Origin: Mycolicibacterium smegmatis
GTDB lineage: Bacteria; Actinomycetota; Actinomycetes; Mycobacteriales; Mycobacteriaceae
Direction: 5' to 3'
Assembly (NCBI RefSeq): GCF_001457595.1
Contig: NZ_LN831039.1
Span: 4,920,001-4,952,000, forward strand
Length of the DNA: 32,000 nucleotides
The position numbers were made by a program, and so were the translations under genes. The notes under the pieces were generated by a model. That model worked only from the letters and a program-made list of their open reading frames with translations. It was not told where the DNA came from and ran no database searches. Positions 1 through 7,747 of this stretch are shown in pieces (position 1 is the stretch's first letter; the number at the start of each line of letters is the position of its first letter).

Positions 1-1
1 G

Positions 2-310
2 AACGCCGGGCAGTGCGGTTCGTGTTTCAACGGGACCGCGGCCATGGCCGCGGTGGCCACCGCACTGCGTGACGGCACCGCGACCGACGACGACGTGGCC
101 AGGCTCAAGCGCTGGTCGGTGGTGCTGCGCGGGCGCGGGGCCTGCGCGACGCTCGACGGTGCGTGCAATGTGGCGGCGAGCCTGCTCTCCGGTTTCGACG
201 ATGTGGTGCGGCGCCACCTCGACAACAACTGCCCGGTGTGCCGGTCCGGCCCGTTCACCGCGACACGCCCGTACGAGGTGGAACAACTGGAATCGGTGGT
301 GGCCGTATGA
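2..310 (+). CDS. C-terminal fragment of a NuoF-like Fe-S domain protein (NADH-ubiquinone oxidoreductase-F Fe-S binding region family); 5' end lies outside the window
   Basis: The frame is open from the window edge (..NAGQCGSCFNGT..RGACATLDGACN..NNCPVCRS..). By eye, the Cys pattern resembles the C-terminal cluster region of NuoF-like proteins, but the third Cys of a canonical CxxCxxC is not seen. The TGA at 308-310 overlaps the next ATG (ATGA). Confidence 0.5.
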   Translation, partial: NAGQCGSCFNGTAAMAAVATALRDGTATDDDVARLKRWSVVLRGRGACATLDGACNVAASLLSGFDDVVRRHLDNNCPVCRSGPFTATRPYEVEQLESVVAV

Positions 311-537
311 GAGTCAAACTGGACCGCACGATGTGCGACGGGTTCGGCCTGTGCGCCAGGCACGCACCCGAGTACTTCCCGCTCGACGACTGGGGTTATG
401 CGTCGCTGCACGGTGACGGCAACGTCGCCGAGGCCGACGAGCCCGCGGTCAAGCGCGCCCTGCTCGATTGCCCCGTGCACGCGATCATCGAGTTGCGCGA
501 GAAGCAGGCAACGCCCGCCGGCGAAACCACCAGCTGA
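307..537 (+). CDS. Single-cluster (3Fe-4S type) ferredoxin, 76 aa
   Basis: MRVKLDRTMCDGFGLC...DCPVHAI matches CxxFxxC(x)nCP. ATG 307 overlaps the upstream stop by 4 nt. The listed 163 start adds an Arg/Gly/Pro-rich prefix lying inside the upstream gene. Confidence 0.85.
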   Translation: MRVKLDRTMCDGFGLCARHAPEYFPLDDWGYASLHGDGNVAEADEPAVKRALLDCPVHAIIELREKQATPAGETTS

Positions 538-584
538 TAACGTGATTCTCTGCAGACGATAACCCGCTTACCACCGGAGCCGAC

Positions 585-2240
585 TTGTCACAGATCCCCG
601 GGCGTCCCCTGCCGACGGTCACCGCGCTCAACGAGTACTTCTGGACCGCGGGCCGTGACGGCGTGCTGCGCATCCAGGAATGCCGGTCGTGCGGCGCGCT
701 GATCCATCCCCCGCAGCCGATCTGCCGCTACTGCCGCAGCCACGATCTCGGCGTCCGCGACGTGTCCGGGCGCGCGACGCTCGCGGGTTTCACGGTCAAC
801 GAGCGGTTCGGATTCCCCGATATGCCACCGCCGTACGTGGTGGCCGAGGTTGCGATCGTCGAGGATCCGCGGGTCCGGTTGACCACCAACATCGTCGACT
901 GCGACCCGCAGTCACTCGAGCTCGGACAACCGGTGGAGGTGTCCTTCCAGCACATCGATGACGTGTGGCTTCCGGTGTTCACCCCGTCGGCGGACACCAC
1001 GCCCACCCCGGCTCCGGTCGAGGACATCGCACCGCAGGACATCGGCAAGTTCGTCCGCCCGATGCTCACCGAGGACAAGTTCGAGGATCATTCCGCGATC
1101 ACTGGCATCGGCATGTCGAGGATCGGCAGGCGACTCATGGTGCCGCCGCTGTCGCTGACCATCGAGGCGGCCGAACGGGCCGTCGCCGACGCCGGTCTGA
1201 CGCTCGACGACATCGACGGGCTGTCCACGTACCCGGGCCTCGACATCGCCGGCATGGGCGAGGGCGGCGTCTCGGTCCTCGAAGGAGCCCTCGGGTTGCG
1301 CCCCACGTGGATCAACGGCGGTATGGACACCTTCGGCCCCGGCGGATCGGTGATCGCGGCGATGATGGCGATCTCGGCCGGGCTCGCGCGCCATGTGCTG
1401 TGCTTCCGCACGCTGTGGGAGGCCACCTTCGGCCAACTGGTCAAGGAGGGCAAGATGTCCCCTCCGATGAGCGCGCGTACCAACAGCTGGCAGCAGCCTT
1501 ACGGTGCCACGTCGGCCGCTCACACGTTGGCGCAGAACGCCGGACGCCACTTCCACCGGTACGGCACCACGCGCGAGACGCTGGGCTGGATCGCGCTCAA
1601 CCAGCGGGCCAACGCCGCGCTGAATCCCACCGCGATCTACCGCGAACCGCTGACCATGGAGGACTACCTCTCGGCACGCACCATCACCACGCCGTTCGGT
1701 CTCTACGACTGCGACGTCCCGTGCGACGGTGCGGTCGCGGTGATCGTCTCGGCCGTCGACGCCGCGCGCGATCTGCCCAAACCGCCCATCAGGTTCGAGG
1801 CCGTGGGCACCCAGATCATCGAGCGCCTCGACTGGGACCAGACCACACTCACCCACGAGCCTCAGGTGCTCGGTCAGAGTGCCCACATGTGGTCGCGAAC
1901 CTCGTTGCGGCCCAGCGATGTCGACGTGGCCGAGCTGTACGACGGTTTCACGTTCAACTGCCTGTCCTGGCTCGAGGGCCTGGGGTTCTGCGGTATCGGC
2001 GAGGCCAAGGACTTCCTCGACGGCGGCAGGAACATCGCGCGTGACGGGATCATCCCGCTCAACACCCACGGCGGGCAGCTCTCGCACGGCCGCACCCACG
2101 GCATGGGGCTCATCCACGAGGCCGTCACGCAGTTGCGCGGTGAGGCGGGCGAACGGCAGGTCGAGGATGCTCGGGTGGCGGTCGCCAGCAGCGGCGGACT
2201 GACCCCCAGCGGTGTCCTGTTGCTGCGGAGAGACGACTGA
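585..2240 (+). CDS. Fusion protein: DUF35-type zinc-ribbon/OB-fold domain plus thiolase-like (SCP-x/Ltp-like) domain, 551 aa
   Basis: TTG start. The N-terminus carries a CRSC-x10-CRYC zinc ribbon followed by an OB-fold-like segment. A Pro/Thr linker (TPSADTTPTPAPVE) follows. The thiolase-like domain ends with NTHGGQLSHGRTHGMG. Confidence 0.85.
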   Translation: MSQIPGRPLPTVTALNEYFWTAGRDGVLRIQECRSCGALIHPPQPICRYCRSHDLGVRDVSGRATLAGFTVNERFGFPDMPPPYVVAEVAIVEDPRVRLTTNIVDCDPQSLELGQPVEVSFQHIDDVWLPVFTPSADTTPTPAPVEDIAPQDIGKFVRPMLTEDKFEDHSAITGIGMSRIGRRLMVPPLSLTIEAAERAVADAGLTLDDIDGLSTYPGLDIAGMGEGGVSVLEGALGLRPTWINGGMDTFGPGGSVIAAMMAISAGLARHVLCFRTLWEATFGQLVKEGKMSPPMSARTNSWQQPYGATSAAHTLAQNAGRHFHRYGTTRETLGWIALNQRANAALNPTAIYREPLTMEDYLSARTITTPFGLYDCDVPCDGAVAVIVSAVDAARDLPKPPIRFEAVGTQIIERLDWDQTTLTHEPQVLGQSAHMWSRTSLRPSDVDVAELYDGFTFNCLSWLEGLGFCGIGEAKDFLDGGRNIARDGIIPLNTHGGQLSHGRTHGMGLIHEAVTQLRGEAGERQVEDARVAVASSGGLTPSGVLLLRRDD

Positions 2241-2242
2241 CC

Positions 2243-3139
2243 GTGGCGAGTTCGGACGGGACCGACCGATCGGCGCCGCATCCCCGCGTCGTCCTCGCCG
2301 ACGGCGTCCCGATGTCGGCCCTGGTCGCCAAGGCGCCCGAACCGCGTGCGGTGGTCGTGGCGCTGCACGGCGGGGCGACCACGTCGGCGTACTTCGATTG
2401 CCCTGGCCACCCGGAACTCTCACTGCTGCACGCGGGTGTGGCGGCCGGTTTCACGGTCGTCGCCCTCGACCGCCCGGGATACGGCGCGTCCGCACCGTAC
2501 CCGGAGGCCATGGCGCGTCCCGAACAACGCCTGGCGCTGGTGTTCGGTGCACTCGAACGGATCGTGGGCACGCAGGACCTGTTCCTGTTGGGGCACTCGG
2601 TGGGTTGTGAGCTCGCCGTGCGGATGGCCATCTCCGGTGCCCGCGTCGTGGGTATCTCGCTGGCAGGAACCGGGCGCCGGTATCAGTCCGCGGGGCGCGA
2701 CATCCTCAAAAACGCGTCGTCCGACCACCGTCCGCGTGGTCTGCGGGAGCTGCTGTGGGAGCCGGCCCGGCTGTATCCGCCCGACGTGCTCGGCAGCGGA
2801 TTGTCCTCGGGCGGCGCCGCGTACGAGGGTGATGTGGTCAAAACCTGGTCCTGGCAGGACTTTCCGCAACTCGCCGCGCTCGTGAAGGTTCCCGCCCAGT
2901 TCATCGCCGGTGACCACGAGAACGTGTGGGAGGCCGGCACCGACGCGTTGGCGGCCATCGGTGCGATGTTCACCGCGTCGCCGCGCGTGGACGTCGAGGT
3001 GCTGCCCGAGTCCGGCCACAACCTCAGCGTGGGCCACACCGCGGCCGAATATCACCAGCGGGTCTTGTCATTCGCCGCCGAGTGCCTGGATGTTCGGGCC
3101 ACCCGCGCCGGCACCGATGTGGAAGTGGAGGCAGGTTGA
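2243..3139 (+). CDS. Alpha/beta-fold hydrolase, 298 aa
   Basis: GTG start 3 nt after the upstream stop. It has the nucleophile elbow GHSVG, HGG near the N-terminus and a C-terminal ESGHN His motif. Confidence 0.85.
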   Translation: MASSDGTDRSAPHPRVVLADGVPMSALVAKAPEPRAVVVALHGGATTSAYFDCPGHPELSLLHAGVAAGFTVVALDRPGYGASAPYPEAMARPEQRLALVFGALERIVGTQDLFLLGHSVGCELAVRMAISGARVVGISLAGTGRRYQSAGRDILKNASSDHRPRGLRELLWEPARLYPPDVLGSGLSSGGAAYEGDVVKTWSWQDFPQLAALVKVPAQFIAGDHENVWEAGTDALAAIGAMFTASPRVDVEVLPESGHNLSVGHTAAEYHQRVLSFAAECLDVRATRAGTDVEVEAG

Positions 3140-3957
3140 TGCGAGTCGGATTCATCGGTCTGGGCAGTCAGGGGGCGCCGATGGCCCGCAGGATCGTCGA
3201 AGGCGGATTCGAGACGACACTGTGGGCGCGCAGGCCCGCATCGCTCGAGCCGTTCGCCGACACGGCCGCCAAGGTGGCGGGCACCCCGGCCGAACTCGCG
3301 GCGGCCAGCGATCTGGTGTGCCTGTGTGTGGTGGGCGACGACGACGTCAGAGAGGTCCTGGGTGGTGAGACGGGTGTGTTGGCCGGCCTGGCACCGGGCG
3401 GGATCATCGCGATCCACTCGACCGTGCACCCCGACACGTGCACCGAACTCGCGAAACAGGTTGCCGAAAAGGGTATTTCGCTCATCGACGCCCCGGTCAG
3501 CGGCGGTGAGCCCGCCGCCAAGGCAGGCACACTGCTGGTGATGGTCGGCGGTGACGAGGACATCGTGGACAAGGTCCGTCCCGTCTTCGCCACCTACGCC
3601 GATCCCATCGTCCGTCTCGGCGGCGTCGGCAGCGGTCAGGTCGCGAAAATCCTCAACAACCTGCTCTTCAGCGCCAATCTCGGGGCCGCGATGAGCGCGC
3701 TCGAACTCGGTGAGGCCCTCGGTGTCCCTCGCAACGCGCTGTGTGAGGTGATCACGCGCGGCTCGGCCAACAGCAAGGCACTGGGCAGCATCGCGATGTT
3801 CGGCGGCACGCTCGACAATCTCGCACCCATCGCCGGTGCGTTGCTGCAGAAGGACTGCAGGCACGCCGCAAGCCTGGCCGACGCCGCGTCGGCATCCCAG
3901 GGCGCGGTGTTCGACGCGGCCGACGAGGCCCTCCGCCTCATGGACGTCCCGCGCTGA
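3139..3957 (+). CDS. NAD(P)-dependent beta-hydroxyacid (3-hydroxyisobutyrate/6-phosphogluconate-type) dehydrogenase-like oxidoreductase, 272 aa
   Basis: MRVGFIGLGSQGAPMA is a Rossmann GxGxxG motif. DAPVSGG and the NNLL helix motif are present. The ATG shares one nucleotide with the upstream TGA (TGATG). Confidence 0.85.
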   Translation: MRVGFIGLGSQGAPMARRIVEGGFETTLWARRPASLEPFADTAAKVAGTPAELAAASDLVCLCVVGDDDVREVLGGETGVLAGLAPGGIIAIHSTVHPDTCTELAKQVAEKGISLIDAPVSGGEPAAKAGTLLVMVGGDEDIVDKVRPVFATYADPIVRLGGVGSGQVAKILNNLLFSANLGAAMSALELGEALGVPRNALCEVITRGSANSKALGSIAMFGGTLDNLAPIAGALLQKDCRHAASLADAASASQGAVFDAADEALRLMDVPR

Positions 3958-4748
3958 TGCGTATCGGTTTCCTCGGTGCCGGGCGCATGGGCGCCCCCAT
4001 GGTGCAGCGGCTCACCGCGGCAGGACACGATGTCCACGCACTCGGGCGCACGGACGAGAAACGAACCGCGGTAGCCGGATTGGGAGCCACACCCGTGGCC
4101 GCCGCCGCGGACGCCGTGCGCGACGCGGACGTCGTGATCGTATGCGTGTTCACCGACGAGCAGGTGCGCACTCTCTGCACGGATACTCTGCTCGACGCCA
4201 TGGCGCCGGGTGCGGCGCTGGTGCTGCACACGACGGGAAGCCCGCGCACGGCCGAGGACATCGCCGCACGCGCTGTGGACCGCGGCGTCGCGGTCGTCGA
4301 TGCGCCGGTCAGCGGAGGGCCGCACGACATCGCGGCCGGGTCGGTGACGGTGTTCGCCGGCGGCGACGCCGACGTCGTCGAGCGCGTCCGCCCCGCACTG
4401 GTCGCCTATGCCGAACCGCTCCTGCACGTCGGGCCGCTCGGCTCGGGCCAGCGCGTCAAGCTCGTCAACAACACGATGTTCGCGGCCCAGATCGGTGTGG
4501 TGGCCGAAGGCGTGCGACTGGCCCGTGAACTCGGTGTCGATGAGCCGACGGTGCTGTCAGCCCTCACGCACGGCAGCGCCGCGAGCCGTGCGCTGAGCGG
4601 GATCGCGGCGACCGGATCGGCCGAGGACTTCAAGGTCAGGGTCGGTGAGTTCATCGGCAAGGACGTCGCGGTGGTCCGCGCGACAGCCGCGGATCTCGGC
4701 GCCGACCTCGGGCTCCTTGACCATGCCGTCGACGCGGCACTGCGGTGA
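3957..4748 (+). CDS. Second, paralogous NAD(P)-dependent beta-hydroxyacid dehydrogenase-like oxidoreductase, 263 aa
   Basis: It has MRIGFLGAGRMGAPMV, DAPVSGG and KLVNN. A TGATG overlap joins it to the upstream paralogue. Confidence 0.8.
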   Translation: MRIGFLGAGRMGAPMVQRLTAAGHDVHALGRTDEKRTAVAGLGATPVAAAADAVRDADVVIVCVFTDEQVRTLCTDTLLDAMAPGAALVLHTTGSPRTAEDIAARAVDRGVAVVDAPVSGGPHDIAAGSVTVFAGGDADVVERVRPALVAYAEPLLHVGPLGSGQRVKLVNNTMFAAQIGVVAEGVRLARELGVDEPTVLSALTHGSAASRALSGIAATGSAEDFKVRVGEFIGKDVAVVRATAADLGADLGLLDHAVDAALR

Positions 4749-4812
4749 TCTGATTCCTGTCCGTGACCCGGCATTTCGTGCTTTTCGACCACTGCCGGAC
4801 GCATTACTGTTA

Positions 4813-4842
4813 GCGTTACAGTTCATTCGGTTCACGTAACGC
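4813..4842. promoter_or_regulatory. Operator-like dyad GCGTTAC-N16-GTAACGC upstream of P450-1
   Basis: Perfect 7-nt inverted arms are separated by exactly 16 nt, in an AT-rich patch about 47 nt upstream of ATG 4889. The same architecture recurs at 14081-14108 and 27200-27228. Confidence 0.4.
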
Positions 4843-4888
4843 CTCGCACAGCACTTCGGGCACCGGCCCCGCCGCGGAGGAGGAGCAT

Positions 4889-6091
4889 ATGACCACGCCC
4901 CAGATGATCTTCGATCCGTTCTCCGAGGAGTACTTCGAGAACCCCTTCGACATCTACCGTCAGATGCGCGACGACGCCCCGCTGTACTACGACTCCGAGC
5001 AGGACTTCTACGCACTGTCCCGCCACGAGGACGTCGCGGCCGCGCTGAAGGACCACGAGGCGTTCTCGTCGTCACGGGGATGCGACCTGGCGATGGTGAA
5101 GGGCGACGAACCGCCGCAGAAGTCGATCATCTTCATGGATCCGCCCGAGCACCGGCACATGCGCAGCCTGCTCAACAAGGCGTTCACACCGCGCGCGGTG
5201 CAGGCGCAACGCGACACCGTCGTCGAACAGGTCGAGCACTATCTCGGGCAGATCGACTCCGACGAGTTCGACGTCGTGCAGGATTTCTCGGGCCCGTTCC
5301 CGGTCGAGGTGATCACCCGCATGGCCGGCGTCGAGCCGGAATACCGCCAGCAGGTGCGGCACTGGATCGACACGAGCCTTTCGCGCGAACCCGGCCAGGT
5401 CGCATACTCCGAGGCCGGGATGAAGGCCAACATCGACACCGCGATGTACTACTACTCGCTGGTGCAGAAGCGCCGCGAGAACCCGCAGGACGACATGATC
5501 AGCCGGTTGATCGCCGCCGAGATCCCCGGTGAGAACGGGGAGATGCGCCGTCTCGACGACGTCGAGATCACCGGCTTCGCAACCCTTCTGGGTGGCGCGG
5601 GCGCCGAGACCGTCACCAAGCTGATCGGCACGGCAATGGTGACGTTCGCGAAGTTCCCCGACCAGTGGCAGAAGCTGCTCGACGACCGCAGCAAGGTGCC
5701 CGCGGCGGTCGAGGAACTCCTGAGGTACGAGGGACCCGTGCAGTACAACGTGCGCTACACGCTCAAGGAGGCGCGCGTGCCCAGCGGCACCATCCCGGCA
5801 GGCAAGCCGGTGTTCCTGCTCAAGGCGTCAGCCAACCGCGACGAGCGGGCGTGGACCGATCCCGACGTCTTCGACATCGACCGCGACCGCACCGAGGCGC
5901 AGAACCTCGGCCTCGGTTACGGCATCCACAGCTGCCTCGGCGCCGCACTCGCGCGTCTGGAGAGCACGATCGCCCTGGAGCGGCTGCTCGACTTCATGCC
6001 GCGCTACGAGGTCAAATGGGACGGCCTGCAGCGCGTCCACATGCAGAACGTCGCAGGCTACTCCCATGTGCCGGTGAAGGTGTTGCGTTGA
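4889..6091 (+). CDS. Cytochrome P450 (P450-1), 400 aa
   Basis: Strong SD (GGAGGAGGAG) lies before the ATG. It has the I-helix GGAGAETV, ExxR (ELLRYE) and the heme loop LGYGIHSCLGAALA. Confidence 0.95.
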   Translation: MTTPQMIFDPFSEEYFENPFDIYRQMRDDAPLYYDSEQDFYALSRHEDVAAALKDHEAFSSSRGCDLAMVKGDEPPQKSIIFMDPPEHRHMRSLLNKAFTPRAVQAQRDTVVEQVEHYLGQIDSDEFDVVQDFSGPFPVEVITRMAGVEPEYRQQVRHWIDTSLSREPGQVAYSEAGMKANIDTAMYYYSLVQKRRENPQDDMISRLIAAEIPGENGEMRRLDDVEITGFATLLGGAGAETVTKLIGTAMVTFAKFPDQWQKLLDDRSKVPAAVEELLRYEGPVQYNVRYTLKEARVPSGTIPAGKPVFLLKASANRDERAWTDPDVFDIDRDRTEAQNLGLGYGIHSCLGAALARLESTIALERLLDFMPRYEVKWDGLQRVHMQNVAGYSHVPVKVLR

Positions 6092-6291
6092 TGACCAAGA
6101 AGATTCACGTCGACTTGGGGCTGTGTGAGAGCAACGGCGTCTGCATGGGCGTCATCCCCGAGGTGTTCGACCTCGACGAGGAGGACTACCTGCACGTGCT
6201 CTCCGACGAGGTGACCCCGGAAAACGAGGCCCGCGTGCGCGACGCCGTGCGGCAGTGCCCGCGCCAGGCCATCTCGATCGACGAAGAGTGA
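6091..6291 (+). CDS. Single-cluster (3Fe-4S type) ferredoxin, 66 aa
   Basis: MTKKIHVDLGLCESNGVC...QCPRQAI matches CxxNxxC(x)nCP. The ATG shares one nucleotide with the P450 stop (TGATG). Confidence 0.9.
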   Translation: MTKKIHVDLGLCESNGVCMGVIPEVFDLDEEDYLHVLSDEVTPENEARVRDAVRQCPRQAISIDEE

Positions 6292-6313
6292 TCCCGCGCT
6301 AACGCGCGATCAC
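6288..6313. terminator. Hairpin spanning the stops of two convergent genes; candidate bidirectional terminator
   Basis: gtgatcccgcg-ctaa-cgcgcgatcac forms an 11-bp stem with one mismatch. On the + strand it is followed by cgTTTTg. Only 7 nt separate the two convergent stop codons. Confidence 0.45.
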
Positions 6314-7210
6314 CGTTTTGCCGAAACCCTCGATGGTCTCGAGCGCGTGCGCCAGGCTGTCCCCCGGGATCGTGACGTGCAGCCAGGTCACGCCGAGCGC
6401 GGCGAGTTGGTCGACGCCCGCGAGGTAGGCGTCGGCGTCGAAATCGTCGTCACCGGGGTTGCCGCCGTCGAAGTTGGTGAACACGATGTCCACCGTCGAC
6501 GGGTCGCGTTGGGCGGCATCGAGTTTGGTCCGCAGATCAGCGATCCCGGCTGTGAGCCTCTCGATCGAGTCGATCGCGGCGGTACCCGCGGTCTGCGCAA
6601 GCCCGGGCGGTGCGGCGAACGGGCACCAGCCGTCGCCGTGCCTGGCGACGCGCGCCCTGGCGGCCGCGGTGTTGCCGCCGATCCAGATCGGTGGCGGGTT
6701 CACCGGGCGGGGGTGCGCGGTGACGCCCCTGGCACTGAAATGCTTTCCCTGGTAGGTGAAGTCATCGGTGGTCCAGATGCCGCGGATGACCTCGAGGGAT
6801 TCATCGAACAACTCGGTGCGTTCGTCGAACGTCACCCCGAGTGCGGCGAACTCGCGTTTGAGGTAACCCACCCCGACCGCGAGCGTGAACCGCCCGCCCG
6901 AGAGCAGGTCGAGTGTCGCACCGGATTTGGCCACCACGAACGGGTTGCGGTACGGCAGCACCACGATGTTGGGTACCAGCCGCAGGGTGGTGGTCTGCGC
7001 GGCGGCGTACGCCATCGCCACGAACGGGTCGACGGCGTCGTGCCCACCGGCATCGAGCCAACGTTGTGACGGCGCCGGGTGATCGGTGAAGCCGAACCCG
7101 TCGAAACCGGCGGCCTCGGCCGCTGCTGCCACCGCCGCCACGCCGGACCCGCTGACGAGGTCCGGGTGGTAGGGGTGGCTGTGCATCGGGTGTGTGATGC
7201 TGTAGCGCAC
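6299..7210 (-). CDS. LLM-class (luciferase-like) F420-dependent oxidoreductase family protein, 303 aa
   Basis: GTG start. TIM-barrel LLM signatures are present (..FGFTDHP.., LLSGGRFTLAVGVGY, PIWIGG). The family assignment is by eye. Confidence 0.8.
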   Translation of the reverse strand: MRYSITHPMHSHPYHPDLVSGSGVAAVAAAAEAAGFDGFGFTDHPAPSQRWLDAGGHDAVDPFVAMAYAAAQTTTLRLVPNIVVLPYRNPFVVAKSGATLDLLSGGRFTLAVGVGYLKREFAALGVTFDERTELFDESLEVIRGIWTTDDFTYQGKHFSARGVTAHPRPVNPPPIWIGGNTAAARARVARHGDGWCPFAAPPGLAQTAGTAAIDSIERLTAGIADLRTKLDAAQRDPSTVDIVFTNFDGGNPGDDDFDADAYLAGVDQLAALGVTWLHVTIPGDSLAHALETIEGFGKTVIAR

Positions 7211-7225
7211 GGCCGGGCCCCTGGC

Positions 7226-7516
7226 TCAGGACGAAAAGCCCGAGAGGATGACCCCGTTGCAGTCGGCGACACTCTGCCGGATCTTGGCGGCGGCCTGGTA
7301 GGCGTCGGAGAAGTACCACTCGCGGGCGGCCTCGACCGACGGGAACTCCAGCACCACGGTCTGGGTGCCGTGCCAGGTGCCCTCGACCACCTCGGCCTTC
7401 TGGTCGACGGCGAGGATCGTCGCGCCTCCCATGGTGGGACCCGCGGCCTTCGCGTACTCGGCCATGCCTGCCGGGTCCTTGATGTCCTCGGTGATGATCA
7501 CATAGCCCTTGGGCAC
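7226..7516 (-). CDS. DUF1330 family protein, 96 aa
   Basis: GTG start with AAGGAG about 10 nt upstream. MPKGYVIITEDIKDP...FPSVEAAREWYFSDAYQ is typical of DUF1330. Confidence 0.75.
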   Translation of the reverse strand: MPKGYVIITEDIKDPAGMAEYAKAAGPTMGGATILAVDQKAEVVEGTWHGTQTVVLEFPSVEAAREWYFSDAYQAAAKIRQSVADCNGVILSGFSS

Positions 7517-7558
7517 AGTTCGAGTCTCCTTGTCGGTGAAGCGGATTGAGGTGGTGGA

Positions 7559-7747
7559 TCAGAGTTTGTGGATCGCGCTCTCGGGACAGCAGTCGATGGC
7601 TTCCCGGACTGCGGCCTCGTGCTCGGCGGGGACCTCCCCGGCAGCGGCCACCGCCCAGCCATCGTCGGACAGTTCGAAGACCTCCGGGCACAGTGTCAGG
7701 CACATGCCGTGGCCTGCGCACCGGTCCTCGTCGACGGCGACCTTCAT
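7559..7747 (-). CDS. Single-cluster (3Fe-4S type) ferredoxin, 62 aa
   Basis: MKVAVDEDRCAGHGMC...DCCPESAI matches CxxHxxC(x)nCP. The ATG overlaps the P450-2 stop (ATGA). Confidence 0.9.
   Translation of the reverse strand: MKVAVDEDRCAGHGMCLTLCPEVFELSDDGWAVAAAGEVPAEHEAAVREAIDCCPESAIHKL

Noticed and set aside
912-2423. 503-aa ORF antisense to the DUF35/thiolase-like gene. The same class of long antisense ORFs occurs at 7546-8838(+), 10408-12087(-), 14167-15237(-), 16575-17867(+), 17884-20496(+), 24286-25713(-) and 27203-28789(-).
   Set aside because: These are typical high-GC artefacts. The translations are Arg/Gly/Pro/Asp-rich with no recognisable motif. The opposite strand carries unambiguous catalytic signatures in every case (P450 heme loops, thiolase, ACAD, Rieske).
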